A stretch of DNA of 64,000 bases from Clostridia bacterium (GTDB lineage Bacteria > Bacillota > Clostridia > Oscillospirales > CAG-272), in NCBI GenBank assembly GCA_017465885.1, contig JAFTVG010000014.1, positions 6,819 through 70,818 on the forward strand, read 5' to 3'. Below, in pieces: positions 26,363-35,530 of the stretch (its first letter is position 1; the number at the start of each line of letters is the position of its first letter). A program made the position numbers and the translations under genes. Below the pieces are notes generated by a model that worked only from the letters and a program-made list of their open reading frames with translations, was not told the DNA's origin and made no database searches.

Positions 26363-28045
26363 ATGATCGTCTCTCAGATCCCCTACAAGCGCTACACCAT
26401 CGAGGAAGGCAGAGCCGCCTTTGAAGAAGTAAAGGCTCTTGTGGCAGATGCAAAGGATGCCGACGGACTTTTAAAGGCAAAAAAGGTGTTTGACGATGCC
26501 TTTATCCTGTATTCCACCGCCTGCTCTCTGGCAAACTGCCGCTTCACCTTGGACACCCGCGACAAATTCTATTCTGCCGAGGTTGAGTATTACGACGGCG
26601 TATCTCCCTACTTCAGCGAGCTGTACGTGGCATTTTTGGATATGCTTTTGGAAAGCCCCTACAGAGCTGAGCTTGAAAAGAAGCTCAATCCCCGTATTTT
26701 AAAACAAGCGGAGATCTCCAAGAAGACCTTCTCCCCCGCCATCATCGAGGATTGTCAGAAGGAAAACGCACTGGTTACCGAGTATTCCAAAATGATGGCA
26801 AGCATGCTCTTTGAATACGAGGGTAAGGAATATCCTCTCTCCGCACTCCGCGGCAGGCTGGAGGACTCTGACAGAGCCGTCAGAAAGGCGGTGGCGGAAG
26901 CCATCGGCAGAGGGCTTGAAAAGCACAAAAACGAGCTTGACGACATCTACGATCGCTTGGTGAAGCTCCGCACGGGCATTGCAAGAAAGCTGGGCTACCA
27001 AAACTTCGTGGAGTTAGGCTACTACCGTATGGGCAGGCTGGATTATAACGCGGAAATGGTGGCGGCGTTCAGAGAAAACGTAAAAGAAGATCTGGTGCCC
27101 TGCGTCAAGACGCTCAAGGAGGGCCTTGCAAAGGAGCTGGGCTTTGACAGCATCACCTTCTACGACAACGAGATCTATTCTGCAGGCAAAACCCCCGCAC
27201 CAATTCTTGATAAGGACGGCATCTTTGCCGCAGCAACCGAAATGTACGACGATATGGACCCCGAGGTGGGTGCCTTTATGCACTCGATGCTTGAAAACGA
27301 GGCGTTCGACGTGGAGGCAAGAGAAGGCAAGTGGGGCGGCGGATACTGCACCACCTTCCCCCTTTACAAGCAACCCTTCATCCTTGCAAACTTCAACGGC
27401 AGCTGCGGCGATATCGACGTGATCACCCACGAATTCGGGCACGCTCTTGCCGCCCATTTCGCCTTCTGCCAAGGTGACCCCGACCTTGAAAGCGGCGGTA
27501 TGGAGACCTGCGAATGCCACTCCATGTCCATGGAATTTCTCTGCTGGAAGGACACAGAGAAATTCTTTGGCGATATGGCAAACGCCTACAGAAAAAAGCA
27601 TCTGCTCTCCAGCCTTTCCTTCATTCCCTACGGCGTGATCGTGGACGAATTCCAGCACGGCGTTTACGAGCATCCCGAGATGACCCCCGAGGATCGAAAG
27701 GCACTTTACCGTTCTCTTGAGGAAAAGTACCGTCCCTATCTTGACTACGACAACCTGCCCTATCTTTCGGAGGGCACCCGTTGGCAATATCAGATGCACA
27801 TCTACGAATCACCCTTTTACTACATCGACTACTGTCTTGCACAGACGGTGGCGCTGTGGTTCCTCGTCAAGAGCAGAGAAAACTACAAGGATGCCTTAAA
27901 GGGCTACCTGACCCTTGCAAAGACCGGCGGTCAGAAATCCTTTGAAGATCTGCTTGAAGATGCCGGCATTCCTTCTCCCTTTGCTAAAGGAAGCCTGAAA
28001 AATCTGAGCGAACAGATCTTAAAAACGGCAGCAGAATTGCAATAA
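26363..28045 (+). CDS. pepF: M3B oligoendopeptidase F family metallopeptidase
   Basis: 560 aa, HEFGH zinc motif (VITHEFGHALA), downstream Glu ligand region, SD AAGGAGGG. Confidence 0.85.
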   Translation: MIVSQIPYKRYTIEEGRAAFEEVKALVADAKDADGLLKAKKVFDDAFILYSTACSLANCRFTLDTRDKFYSAEVEYYDGVSPYFSELYVAFLDMLLESPYRAELEKKLNPRILKQAEISKKTFSPAIIEDCQKENALVTEYSKMMASMLFEYEGKEYPLSALRGRLEDSDRAVRKAVAEAIGRGLEKHKNELDDIYDRLVKLRTGIARKLGYQNFVELGYYRMGRLDYNAEMVAAFRENVKEDLVPCVKTLKEGLAKELGFDSITFYDNEIYSAGKTPAPILDKDGIFAAATEMYDDMDPEVGAFMHSMLENEAFDVEAREGKWGGGYCTTFPLYKQPFILANFNGSCGDIDVITHEFGHALAAHFAFCQGDPDLESGGMETCECHSMSMEFLCWKDTEKFFGDMANAYRKKHLLSSLSFIPYGVIVDEFQHGVYEHPEMTPEDRKALYRSLEEKYRPYLDYDNLPYLSEGTRWQYQMHIYESPFYYIDYCLAQTVALWFLVKSRENYKDALKGYLTLAKTGGQKSFEDLLEDAGIPSPFAKGSLKNLSEQILKTAAELQ

Positions 28046-28054
28046 ATCAACAAA

Positions 28055-28100
28055 GAACGACCGTTCACCCCAAAAGTGAACGATCGTTCACTGATTTTTA
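28055..28100 (+). terminator. terminator after pepF
   Basis: GAACGACCGTTCAC-CCCAAAA-GTGAACGATCGTTC (one mismatch) followed by a T-rich tract. Confidence 0.6.
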
Positions 28101-28222
28101 GAGAAGTTTTTTAGGGATTTTTTAGTTTTTTGCAAGAAAAGGCAGGTGCACATCTTGTATTTCGTGAAAAAATGTTGTATAATAAAGACGATATACTTAT
28201 TCTCTGATAGGAGCGTTTTAAT

Positions 28223-29185
28223 ATGGAAAAGATCAATGCCCTTTACGGCAAACTCAGCGAAAACATCCACAAGGTCATCGTCGGCAAGGACGAGACCATC
28301 AAGCTTCTTTACATCTCCCTGCTCTGCGGCGGTCATATCCTGATCGAGGACGTCCCCGGAACCGGTAAAACGATGCTGGTCAAGTCCTTCTCCGCATCTC
28401 TTGACTGCGTGTGCAAGCGTATTCAGTTCACTCCCGACCTGATGCCCTCCGACATCACCGGTATCAACTATTACAACATGAAGACCGCAGACTTCGAGCT
28501 CATCAAGGGCCCGATCTTTGCAAACATCGTTCTGGCTGACGAGATCAACCGCGCAACTCCCAAGACTCAGTCGGGTCTGCTTGAGTGTATGGAGGAGCGT
28601 CAGGCAACCATCGACGGCAGCCGCTATCCCTGCCCCGATCCCTTTATGATCATTGCAACTCAGAACCCTCTTGAGAATATGGGTACCTTCCCTCTGCCCG
28701 AGGCACAGATCGACCGTTTCTTCATCAAGTGCTCTATGAGCTATCCTAAGTTTAACGAAAACGTTGACATTCTTGAGCGCTTCAACCGCAACAATCCCCT
28801 CTCTTCCCTGCAGCCCATCGCGACCCAGGAGGACGTACTGGCGGCTATGGCGGAGCTGAACGACGTGTACATCCACAGAGACGTTTTAAAGTACATCACC
28901 TTCATCGTTGAGGCAACCAGAAGCTATCCTTCGGTTGTATTGGGCTCCTCTCCCAGAGGTGCACTTGCCCTGATGAAGGCGGCAAAGTGTATGGCGGCAA
29001 TCGAAGGCAGAAACTACGTTTTACCCGACGACGTCAAGAAGATGGCAGTCCCCACACTTGCACACAGACTGATGATGACCTCCTCTGCAAGACTGAAGCT
29101 CAACGCAGGCGAGGAAGTGATCAAGGATATCGTGGAAAAGGCACCCGTGCCCACCGAAACGGTATTTGACGGCGTTTACAACTGA
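28223..29185 (+). CDS. MoxR-family AAA+ ATPase
   Basis: GHILIEDVPGTGKT (Walker A), LADEINRA (Walker B), C-terminal AAA lid. Typical 320-aa MoxR size. Confidence 0.9.
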   Translation: MEKINALYGKLSENIHKVIVGKDETIKLLYISLLCGGHILIEDVPGTGKTMLVKSFSASLDCVCKRIQFTPDLMPSDITGINYYNMKTADFELIKGPIFANIVLADEINRATPKTQSGLLECMEERQATIDGSRYPCPDPFMIIATQNPLENMGTFPLPEAQIDRFFIKCSMSYPKFNENVDILERFNRNNPLSSLQPIATQEDVLAAMAELNDVYIHRDVLKYITFIVEATRSYPSVVLGSSPRGALALMKAAKCMAAIEGRNYVLPDDVKKMAVPTLAHRLMMTSSARLKLNAGEEVIKDIVEKAPVPTETVFDGVYN

Positions 29186-29226
29186 TCTTTCACCCCCACA
29201 AAATAACAACGTAAAGGACGAAAACC

Positions 29227-30420
29227 GTGAGTCGTTATTTAAACAATCTTTATAATTTTATTATGGGGTTGAACGAGAAGTTCCTTTCGGTGGTTGCCTT
29301 TTTCCGCGAGCGGCCGGCCCTGGTTGCCCTGCTGATCATCCTTTTGGTGATCCTGATCATCCTGTTCATTCTGATGATCATCTATAAGAAGCTCAAGGGC
29401 AAATATCTGGCAAAGCTGATCTACAAAAGAGAGTTTTCCACCGAAAACGTTTACGCAGGTGAAACGGTCACCCTGACCGAAACCATTTTCAACCCCACCT
29501 TCTTTCCGCTGTTCAGTGTGGACGTGGAGGAATATTTCCTTGGTGGACTTTGGCTTGACGGCGCCAAGCCAAATCCCGACGTAAAGGCGGGCGCCGAGCA
29601 GGAGCCGGTGCTCAGCCGCTTCACCCTTCTGCCCTTTATGCAGACCAAAAGACACCATCAGGTATTTTGCGAAAAAAGAGGGCACTATCAGATCAGCACG
29701 GTGCGTATCTACAGAAAGAACGATCCGCTCTTCATTAACGCCCCTGCCGAGATCTACGTTTACCCGCCGCTGGTGGATCCGATGATCAATTCCTTCCCCG
29801 TGTCCTGCCTGCTGGGCGAGTACACCTCCAAAAGAAGGCTGATCCAGGACCCCTTCTCCTTTGCGGGAATCAGAGAGTACCGCTTCGGCGACTCGATGAA
29901 CGCCATCAACTACAAGGCCACCGCCCGTCATCCCGTGATCACCATGTCTGACATTATGGTAAACGTCAGAGATTACTGCACCGGTCGTCTTTTTATGATC
30001 TATCAGAATTTCCATCTGCAGAATGCCGGTAAGGGTCTGTATGATAACTACGAAAAGCTGATGGAATACGGGCTTTCGGTCGCCTCTGCACTCATCCGCG
30101 ATGCGGTGCACAACGGATGCAAGGTAGGATTTTCCGCCAACTGTCCCGTAGAAAACGACAGCTATATCCGCTACCCGATGCAGTCGAGCGAGGAGCATTA
30201 TAAGCAGATCATGCACGGCTTTGCCGCAATGCGCCTCTCCGACGGTATTTCCATCAAGCAGCTGTTACAAATGGATATTGACGACGGATTGAACAACGCA
30301 GAGATCATCTTCCTCACCACCTATATGGACGACGAGATCGACGACCGTCTGCGGATGCTCAAGCAATACTCCAACGCCGTAACGGTCATCACCTTAAGCG
30401 AGGAGGATCTGGTACAATGA
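29227..30420 (+). CDS. DUF58 domain protein (MoxR partner), N-terminal TM
   Basis: REYRFGDSMNAINYKATAR matches the DUF58 signature (REY.xGD...I.WKATAR). The GTG start sits 8 nt after AAAGGA. Confidence 0.75.
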   Translation: MSRYLNNLYNFIMGLNEKFLSVVAFFRERPALVALLIILLVILIILFILMIIYKKLKGKYLAKLIYKREFSTENVYAGETVTLTETIFNPTFFPLFSVDVEEYFLGGLWLDGAKPNPDVKAGAEQEPVLSRFTLLPFMQTKRHHQVFCEKRGHYQISTVRIYRKNDPLFINAPAEIYVYPPLVDPMINSFPVSCLLGEYTSKRRLIQDPFSFAGIREYRFGDSMNAINYKATARHPVITMSDIMVNVRDYCTGRLFMIYQNFHLQNAGKGLYDNYEKLMEYGLSVASALIRDAVHNGCKVGFSANCPVENDSYIRYPMQSSEEHYKQIMHGFAAMRLSDGISIKQLLQMDIDDGLNNAEIIFLTTYMDDEIDDRLRMLKQYSNAVTVITLSEEDLVQ

Positions 30421-31076
30421 ACAAAAAAGAACCCAAATCCTTCTCCCAGCGCTTTGACAAAAAGTACGTTCTGCTGACGCTGATGTGGTTGGCTTTGCTG
30501 GCACTCTCCATCGTGCTGATGGTGGTCTTTATCAATCACGACATTTTCGGCGTATTCTTCGCTTTCACCAGCGTTGCCGCCTTCATTATGGTTGTCGTCT
30601 CCTACCGCAGAGCGGTACTGAAGGGCACGGTTGAGGAAGGTATGGTGCTCATCTTCATCGCCATCGGTAAGATGTTCAACTTTATCCTTTTACCCGTGGT
30701 CAAGCTATTGACAAAGCTGGGATTCCTGCGGGGACGCTTCGGCAACGCCAACGATGAACACAGCTTCATCTTCGATTTTGGAGAGCGTGCCGGTCGTGTA
30801 CGTGTTGACAAGATTCCCAAGTGGAAGAACCTGACCGACAATCACCAAAGAGTGCGTTACATCTTCATCAAGCACATCAAGTACCGTATGAAGAAGGGCT
30901 ACCGCTTCAACAAGACCCTGACCCCCAGCGAGACCGAAAAGGAGCTTGAAAAGTATCTCAAGGAGGAGGAAGACATTTCCCTGCTCTTTGACAGCTATCG
31001 GCTTGCCCGCTATGAAAATCCCGACCGCACCCAGTTTGACGACGATCTGGTAGAAAAGCTTCGGGAGCTGTACTAA
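30417..31076 (+). CDS. membrane protein, possibly DUF4129-like third member of the MoxR module
   Basis: ATGA overlap with the DUF58 gene. Three TM helices, then a helical C-terminus ...TPSETEKELEKYL...FDSYRLARYENP resembling DUF4129 tails. Confidence 0.4.
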   Translation: MNKKEPKSFSQRFDKKYVLLTLMWLALLALSIVLMVVFINHDIFGVFFAFTSVAAFIMVVVSYRRAVLKGTVEEGMVLIFIAIGKMFNFILLPVVKLLTKLGFLRGRFGNANDEHSFIFDFGERAGRVRVDKIPKWKNLTDNHQRVRYIFIKHIKYRMKKGYRFNKTLTPSETEKELEKYLKEEEDISLLFDSYRLARYENPDRTQFDDDLVEKLRELY

Positions 31077-31082
31077 AAATGA

Positions 31083-31127
31083 AAAGTGTCTTTTCCGACG
31101 GTACGTCGGGAAAGACACTTTTGTTTT
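31083..31127. terminator. bidirectional terminator
   Basis: AAGTGTCTTTTCCGAC...GTCGGGAAAGACACTT long stem with one mismatch. Confidence 0.7.
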
Positions 31128-31128
31128 A

Positions 31129-31740
31129 TCATATTCCTGCCAAACCGTCGTGCATATACTGCAAGTATTCCTCCTCCAGATCTTTATCGCTGTAAACGCC
31201 GGTAAGATAGCCCTTGAAAAGACGATCGATCATCCCGATATAATAGCTGATCAGATCAAGCCTTCCTTCATCGGAAAGCTTAAAAAAGCGGATGAATGCC
31301 CCCGCACCGCTCCCATAGCGCACCTGCCAAGGAAGATATCGCCCTTCAATGATCTTGATGATAGAAAAAAAGCTCTCACTTCGCTGTCTCATCAGCAGCG
31401 AATCACTTTTGCAATAGACGTGGATCTCTCCGTGAAGTTCCCCGCCCCGTCTGTAAAGAGAAAGATCGTATTGAATTCCCCGCTTTTCCTTGCTGATAAG
31501 CACCATTGAATCGCTATCGGGGATGCGGAAGGGATAGACCGTGCTTTGGTCCTTGTTGAAATATCTCTCTATCTCGGCAAATAGCGGATCTATTTGCCCT
31601 TCGGGGGTGGACATTTCCAGCCGTTCACCTAAAAGTCTGTTCACCGTTGCTGATCGACTGGTCGCCATACGCTTGGCAATATAGTCTATCCGCTCCATCA
31701 GGTCGTTTGAAAGCAACAGCTCGTATTTGCTCTTCTTCAT
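31129..31740 (-). CDS. hypothetical protein with N-terminal ribbon-helix-helix-like segment
   Basis: MKKSKYELLLSNDLMERIDYIAKRMATSRSATVNRLLGERL resembles CopG/RHH. I do not recognise the ~150-aa C-terminal domain. The ATG at 31740 sits after AAAGGAAGG. Confidence 0.55.
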   Translation of the reverse strand: MKKSKYELLLSNDLMERIDYIAKRMATSRSATVNRLLGERLEMSTPEGQIDPLFAEIERYFNKDQSTVYPFRIPDSDSMVLISKEKRGIQYDLSLYRRGGELHGEIHVYCKSDSLLMRQRSESFFSIIKIIEGRYLPWQVRYGSGAGAFIRFFKLSDEGRLDLISYYIGMIDRLFKGYLTGVYSDKDLEEEYLQYMHDGLAGI

Positions 31741-31836
31741 CTCTGCCTTCCTTTCGTTTACTATCCGTATTGTACCATTTATCTCTGCACAGGTCAAGGG
31801 CTCGTGACAAAAAAAGGAAAAATTTCAAACTTTCCG

Positions 31837-31865
31837 TTGACATCAAAAAAAAATTGTGCTATACT
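31837..31865 (+). promoter_or_regulatory. sigma-A promoter for ddh
   Basis: TTGACA (31837-31842), 17-nt spacer, TATACT (31860-31865). Confidence 0.7.
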
Positions 31866-31895
31866 TTCCCCAAACAAAGAAAAGAGGCGCATAGT

Positions 31896-32888
31896 ATGAT
31901 TGATCCCATTCGCATCGGTATTATCGGTTACGGAAACCTGGGCCGCGGCGTGGAGCTGGCGGTAGCACAGAATGAAGATATGCAGCTTTGCGGCGTTTTT
32001 ACCCGCAGAGCCCCCGAAAGTCTTGCCATCCTGACCCCTGACGTTCCCATTTATCACATCGACCGTCTTGAAGAGCTGACGGGCGACTTTGACGTGATGA
32101 TCCTTTGCGGCGGAAGCGCCACCGATCTGCCCCTGCAGACCCCCCGCTACGCCGCCCTTTACAACGTGGTGGACAGCTTTGACACCCACGCCAAGATCCC
32201 TGACCACTTTGAGGCAGTAAACGAGGCAGCCAATAAGGGTGGCAAGGTTGCTGTGATCTCGGTGGGTTGGGATCCGGGACTTTTCTCCATCAACCGTCTT
32301 TACGGCAACGCCATCCTTCCCTGCGGTGAGGACTATACCTTCTGGGGAAAGGGTGTGAGCCAAGGGCATTCGGACGCCATCAGACGCATTGAGGGCGTGG
32401 AGACGGCAAAGCAGTATACCGTGCCCGTACAAGAGGCGATCGAATCTGTCAGAAGAGGAGAAGCCCCTGCCCTGACAACCAGAGAAAAGCACAAGAGAGA
32501 GTGCTTCGTGGTGGCAAAGGAGGGCGCGGACAAGGAGCGGATCAGAGAGCAGATCGTGACCATGCCCAACTATTTTGCCGATTACGATACCACCGTTCAT
32601 TTCATCGACAGAGAGACCTTTGATAAAGAGCACGGCGGTATGGCGCACGGCGGATTCGTTATCCGCAGCGGCAGAACGGGCAAGAATTCCGAAACGGGAC
32701 ACGTGATCGAGTATTCGCTGCGCCTCGGCTCCAACCCCGAGTTTACCGCAAGCGTCCTTGTGGCGTATGCAAGAGCGGCATATAGGCTTTCAAAAGAAGG
32801 TCAGAGCGGCTGTAAGACCGCCTTTGACATTGCCCCTACTTACCTTTCACCGAAGAGTGGCGCGCAGTTGAGGAAAGAACTGCTGTAA
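31896..32888 (+). CDS. ddh: meso-diaminopimelate D-dehydrogenase
   Basis: IRIGIIGYGNLGRGVE Rossmann motif. WDPGLFSINR, FWGKGVSQGHSDAIRRI, HKRECFVV and GMAHGGFVIRSG are close to the Corynebacterium Ddh as I remember it. The true start is 31896, not the track start at 31647. Confidence 0.9.
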   Translation: MIDPIRIGIIGYGNLGRGVELAVAQNEDMQLCGVFTRRAPESLAILTPDVPIYHIDRLEELTGDFDVMILCGGSATDLPLQTPRYAALYNVVDSFDTHAKIPDHFEAVNEAANKGGKVAVISVGWDPGLFSINRLYGNAILPCGEDYTFWGKGVSQGHSDAIRRIEGVETAKQYTVPVQEAIESVRRGEAPALTTREKHKRECFVVAKEGADKERIREQIVTMPNYFADYDTTVHFIDRETFDKEHGGMAHGGFVIRSGRTGKNSETGHVIEYSLRLGSNPEFTASVLVAYARAAYRLSKEGQSGCKTAFDIAPTYLSPKSGAQLRKELL

Positions 32889-32990
32889 GCAAAAAAGCAG
32901 GGCTAACGGCACAAAAAACGTAATAAAGCACCGCCGAGAACAACCGTTATGATGGTCGTTTTCAGCGGTGCTTTTGTGTTCGTATCCTGT

Positions 32991-33215
32991 TCATTGCGTC
33001 GAACGTACCGACTTTCCCATCAACTCATCGATAGAAACGCCGATGATATTCGAGATATCGGAAAGCAGAAAAATATCGGGATAGCAAAGCTCCCTCTCCC
33101 ACTTGGATACGGCAAAGGCACTTACACCCACAAGGCTTCCGAATTCCCCCTGTGTGATTCCCTGCTCCTTACGGTAACACAAGATACGTTCTCCTATACA
33201 GATCTTGTTTTTCAT
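32991..33215 (-). CDS. small XRE-family HTH regulator (74 aa)
   Basis: GERILCYRKEQGITQGEFGSLVGVSAFAVSKWERELCYPDIFLLSDISNIIGVSIDELMG. Confidence 0.85.
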   Translation of the reverse strand: MKNKICIGERILCYRKEQGITQGEFGSLVGVSAFAVSKWERELCYPDIFLLSDISNIIGVSIDELMGKSVRSTQ

Positions 33216-33745
33216 TTTACCCTCTTATACGTTTCGTGATGCCGTGTCATCATTCCGAATGCAATCATTTCACGGCGAATGGTACAATAATCCCCATGAT
33301 AGCGCAAAATGATCTCGTTGACTTCTTGCTCCTCATACGTGCGGGAAGGATCAAACTGCTTTAATATCTCAGCAAGAACGATCTCCCGCTTCTTTCTTTG
33401 CGTGGGAATGCGCGTCAGCCTGCCATATTTGAAAAAGCCGGACAGCACCCCTTTTTTGTACTTTTCTTCGTCATCGACAAGCTCCTCATCCTTTTTTATC
33501 AACTCGTAAAGGGGCTTATCGAAGATCTCACGATTCAGCGAATAGATCATATAAAACTGTGACCGAGAGCAGTTGACTACGCCCGCCGCTTCCATCTTCT
33601 TTAAATGGTAGCAAATGGTTGCAGGGGTGAGTGAAAGGTCACAAGCGATCTTTTCCACGTACGAGTCCTCTTTTAAAAGGATATTGAGGATGTCAAGGCG
33701 CGTTTCATCCGCAAGAAGCTTTAAAAGTTCAAGTTTTTCTTTCAC
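33212..33745 (-). CDS. ArsR-type HTH + DUF2087-like C-terminal domain protein
   Basis: LLKLLADETRLDILNILLKEDSYVEKIACDLSLTPATICYHLKKMEAAGVV, then ...YEEQEVNEIILRYHGDYCTIRREMIAFGMM. The GTG start at 33745 sits after GGAGGG. GTGA overlap upstream and ATGA overlap downstream. Confidence 0.7.
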   Translation of the reverse strand: MKEKLELLKLLADETRLDILNILLKEDSYVEKIACDLSLTPATICYHLKKMEAAGVVNCSRSQFYMIYSLNREIFDKPLYELIKKDEELVDDEEKYKKGVLSGFFKYGRLTRIPTQRKKREIVLAEILKQFDPSRTYEEQEVNEIILRYHGDYCTIRREMIAFGMMTRHHETYKRVK

Positions 33746-34248
33746 GAAAGTCCCTCCGAAAACATCCCTGTGTAAAGATTCTTCTTCACACGCCACTCTT
33801 CCCATGCCTTAAATACGCTTTCACAGGCACCGATCTTGATCTGAAGCTCAAAGACGCTCTCAAAATCCATTGCGGCTTCGGCTTTTTTCAATTCGGCATA
33901 GTATGAATGCACGAACTGATCGCGCATAAAGATCTCTGCCTGCAAAGCTGCAGTGAATACCAACAGTTCCTCTTCATCAAGCTCTGTGAATACCTTGTTT
34001 AAACGCGGATACCTTTGCAGGATCCGTCCGATCACACCGCATCTCTTTGTAAGACAGGATTCACGAGGATCCAAAGCATACCAAAGCAAACCCGCGCGGT
34101 TGCAAAGACCGTACATTTCCCGCTCAATGATCAGTGCCTTGCGTTCAGCCTTGTTTTCTTTAGGTACTGCATCCAAACGGCGTTGGCAGTCGTTATACCT
34201 TTCCGTAACAATGTCATACATTGCCTTATCAATTTCTAAAGCGGTCAT
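33742..34248 (-). CDS. hypothetical helical protein (168 aa), first gene of a three-gene translationally coupled unit
   Basis: The ATG at 34248 sits after AAGGAGGG. No domain recognised. Confidence 0.65.
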   Translation of the reverse strand: MTALEIDKAMYDIVTERYNDCQRRLDAVPKENKAERKALIIEREMYGLCNRAGLLWYALDPRESCLTKRCGVIGRILQRYPRLNKVFTELDEEELLVFTAALQAEIFMRDQFVHSYYAELKKAEAAMDFESVFELQIKIGACESVFKAWEEWRVKKNLYTGMFSEGLS

Positions 34249-34384
34249 TCTTTTCCCTCCTTTTATGAATACGTGCTGTCTTGTGATCACACTGATATTA
34301 TACACATCTAATCACTTTTTGTCAATAGTGTTTCGATATGTTTCTAATCAATTAAACCAATGGTTTAAAATCAAAGATACTGTA

Positions 34385-35191
34385 TTATTGGCGGGAAAGC
34401 ACATTGTCAATTGATAAACGGTATTCATCGGCATCTATCCCCGAAATTGCAAGCTCATCCACGTGTACCATACCCTCCAAGGGTATTCCGTCATGTGAAA
34501 GTTGTAGGACAGATTCTCTAAAAATCTGATAATACAAAACGGCGTTTAGTTTTAATCTATTTTGTAGCTTTTCACCATTATGGATATATGTCAGCATATA
34601 TTCACGAGTACAGCGTGGGCCGGGCATTTGATATGCCAGATCAAGAGCCTTTTCCGTCATGCCAAGATCTGCGTATGTCACCAGCAATATTTGTTTTGCA
34701 GAATCACGCCAGCGTTCTTCGGTGCAACGTGCAAGAATGTCTTCACAGAGCGAGATCGCTTCTTCAAACAACTTGTATTTTTCGGATTGGTCAAGCGTAT
34801 TCTTTCCTTTCCATGACAGATCAGAGGCAAGCAGCTGCTCCAAGAAAAACACGCCCGGTACTTCCTTTAGCGCATTTCGAACCAATTCAATGCCTTCATC
34901 CAATTTGTAATTTTTGTCCAGCGGAACATGGTGGCGAAGGCTGTTATATTCTGCAGTAACATCATCTATTCTTCGTTGCTTGGTTAGTTCATCCACACCG
35001 AGAAGATCGTCGACCGAAACATGAAAATAGCCTGCAATCTTGGGCAGTAGGGTAATATCAGGATATCCGTCATTCCTTTCCCACTTGGAAACAGCTTGAG
35101 ACGATATTCCAAGAAAAAGCGCAAGCTCATCTTGTGTTTTTTCGTTTTGTAAACGCAAAGATTTCAGTCTTTTTGAAAGTTGTATCTCCAT
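34385..35191 (-). CDS. XRE HTH + helical-repeat (TPR-like) regulator, 268 aa
   Basis: N-terminal LKSLRLQNEKTQDELALFLGISSQAVSKWERNDGYPDITLLPKIAGYFHVSVDDLLG followed by ~200 aa of helical repeats. Visibly AT-richer than its neighbours. Confidence 0.8.
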   Translation of the reverse strand: MEIQLSKRLKSLRLQNEKTQDELALFLGISSQAVSKWERNDGYPDITLLPKIAGYFHVSVDDLLGVDELTKQRRIDDVTAEYNSLRHHVPLDKNYKLDEGIELVRNALKEVPGVFFLEQLLASDLSWKGKNTLDQSEKYKLFEEAISLCEDILARCTEERWRDSAKQILLVTYADLGMTEKALDLAYQMPGPRCTREYMLTYIHNGEKLQNRLKLNAVLYYQIFRESVLQLSHDGIPLEGMVHVDELAISGIDADEYRLSIDNVLSRQ

Positions 35192-35530
35192 TATTTTTTC
35201 CTCATATTTTCATAAATTAATTGCAATGATCATCGCAGTGTTATTATACCATGTTCTACGAGTATTAACAATAACGGGAAAGTTGTATTAAGGTTGTAAA
35301 AAACAACCTTGCGTTTAATTCAAACATTTATACTCAATCAGACCAACACATACCCTTCGATTTGGCTTATCAAAAAACTCTTCATTCTTGTCTGCCAAGG
35401 ATTCTTTAACAAAACAAAGATCCCTGACAGTTTTTAAGCTATCAAGGATCTATCGTGCTTAACTTTAGAAACTTATATTATTTACTTTTATTTTGGTCCC
35501 AAAGGTAAAAATGCATTTTTTGAAAATTCC

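Noticed and set aside
28088-30216. 262-aa and 325-aa minus-strand ORFs (28088-28876, 29239-30216)
   Set aside because: They are antisense shadows of the MoxR and DUF58 genes. They have no motifs, while the plus-strand frames have Walker A/B and DUF58 signatures.
31647-31895. N-terminal extensions of track ORFs (ddh 31647, GNAT 56634, lipoprotein 56691, queT 25611, alpha-galactosidase-like 47134, AEC 18432, RHH protein 31797)
   Set aside because: In each case an internal ATG is preceded by a good SD and marks the start of homology or a signal peptide. The extensions run over promoters, a riboswitch or intergenic DNA.
31798-31895. Possible lysine riboswitch or T-box upstream of ddh
   Set aside because: The leader between the TATACT -10 box and the ATG is only ~30 nt. 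That is far too short for either element.
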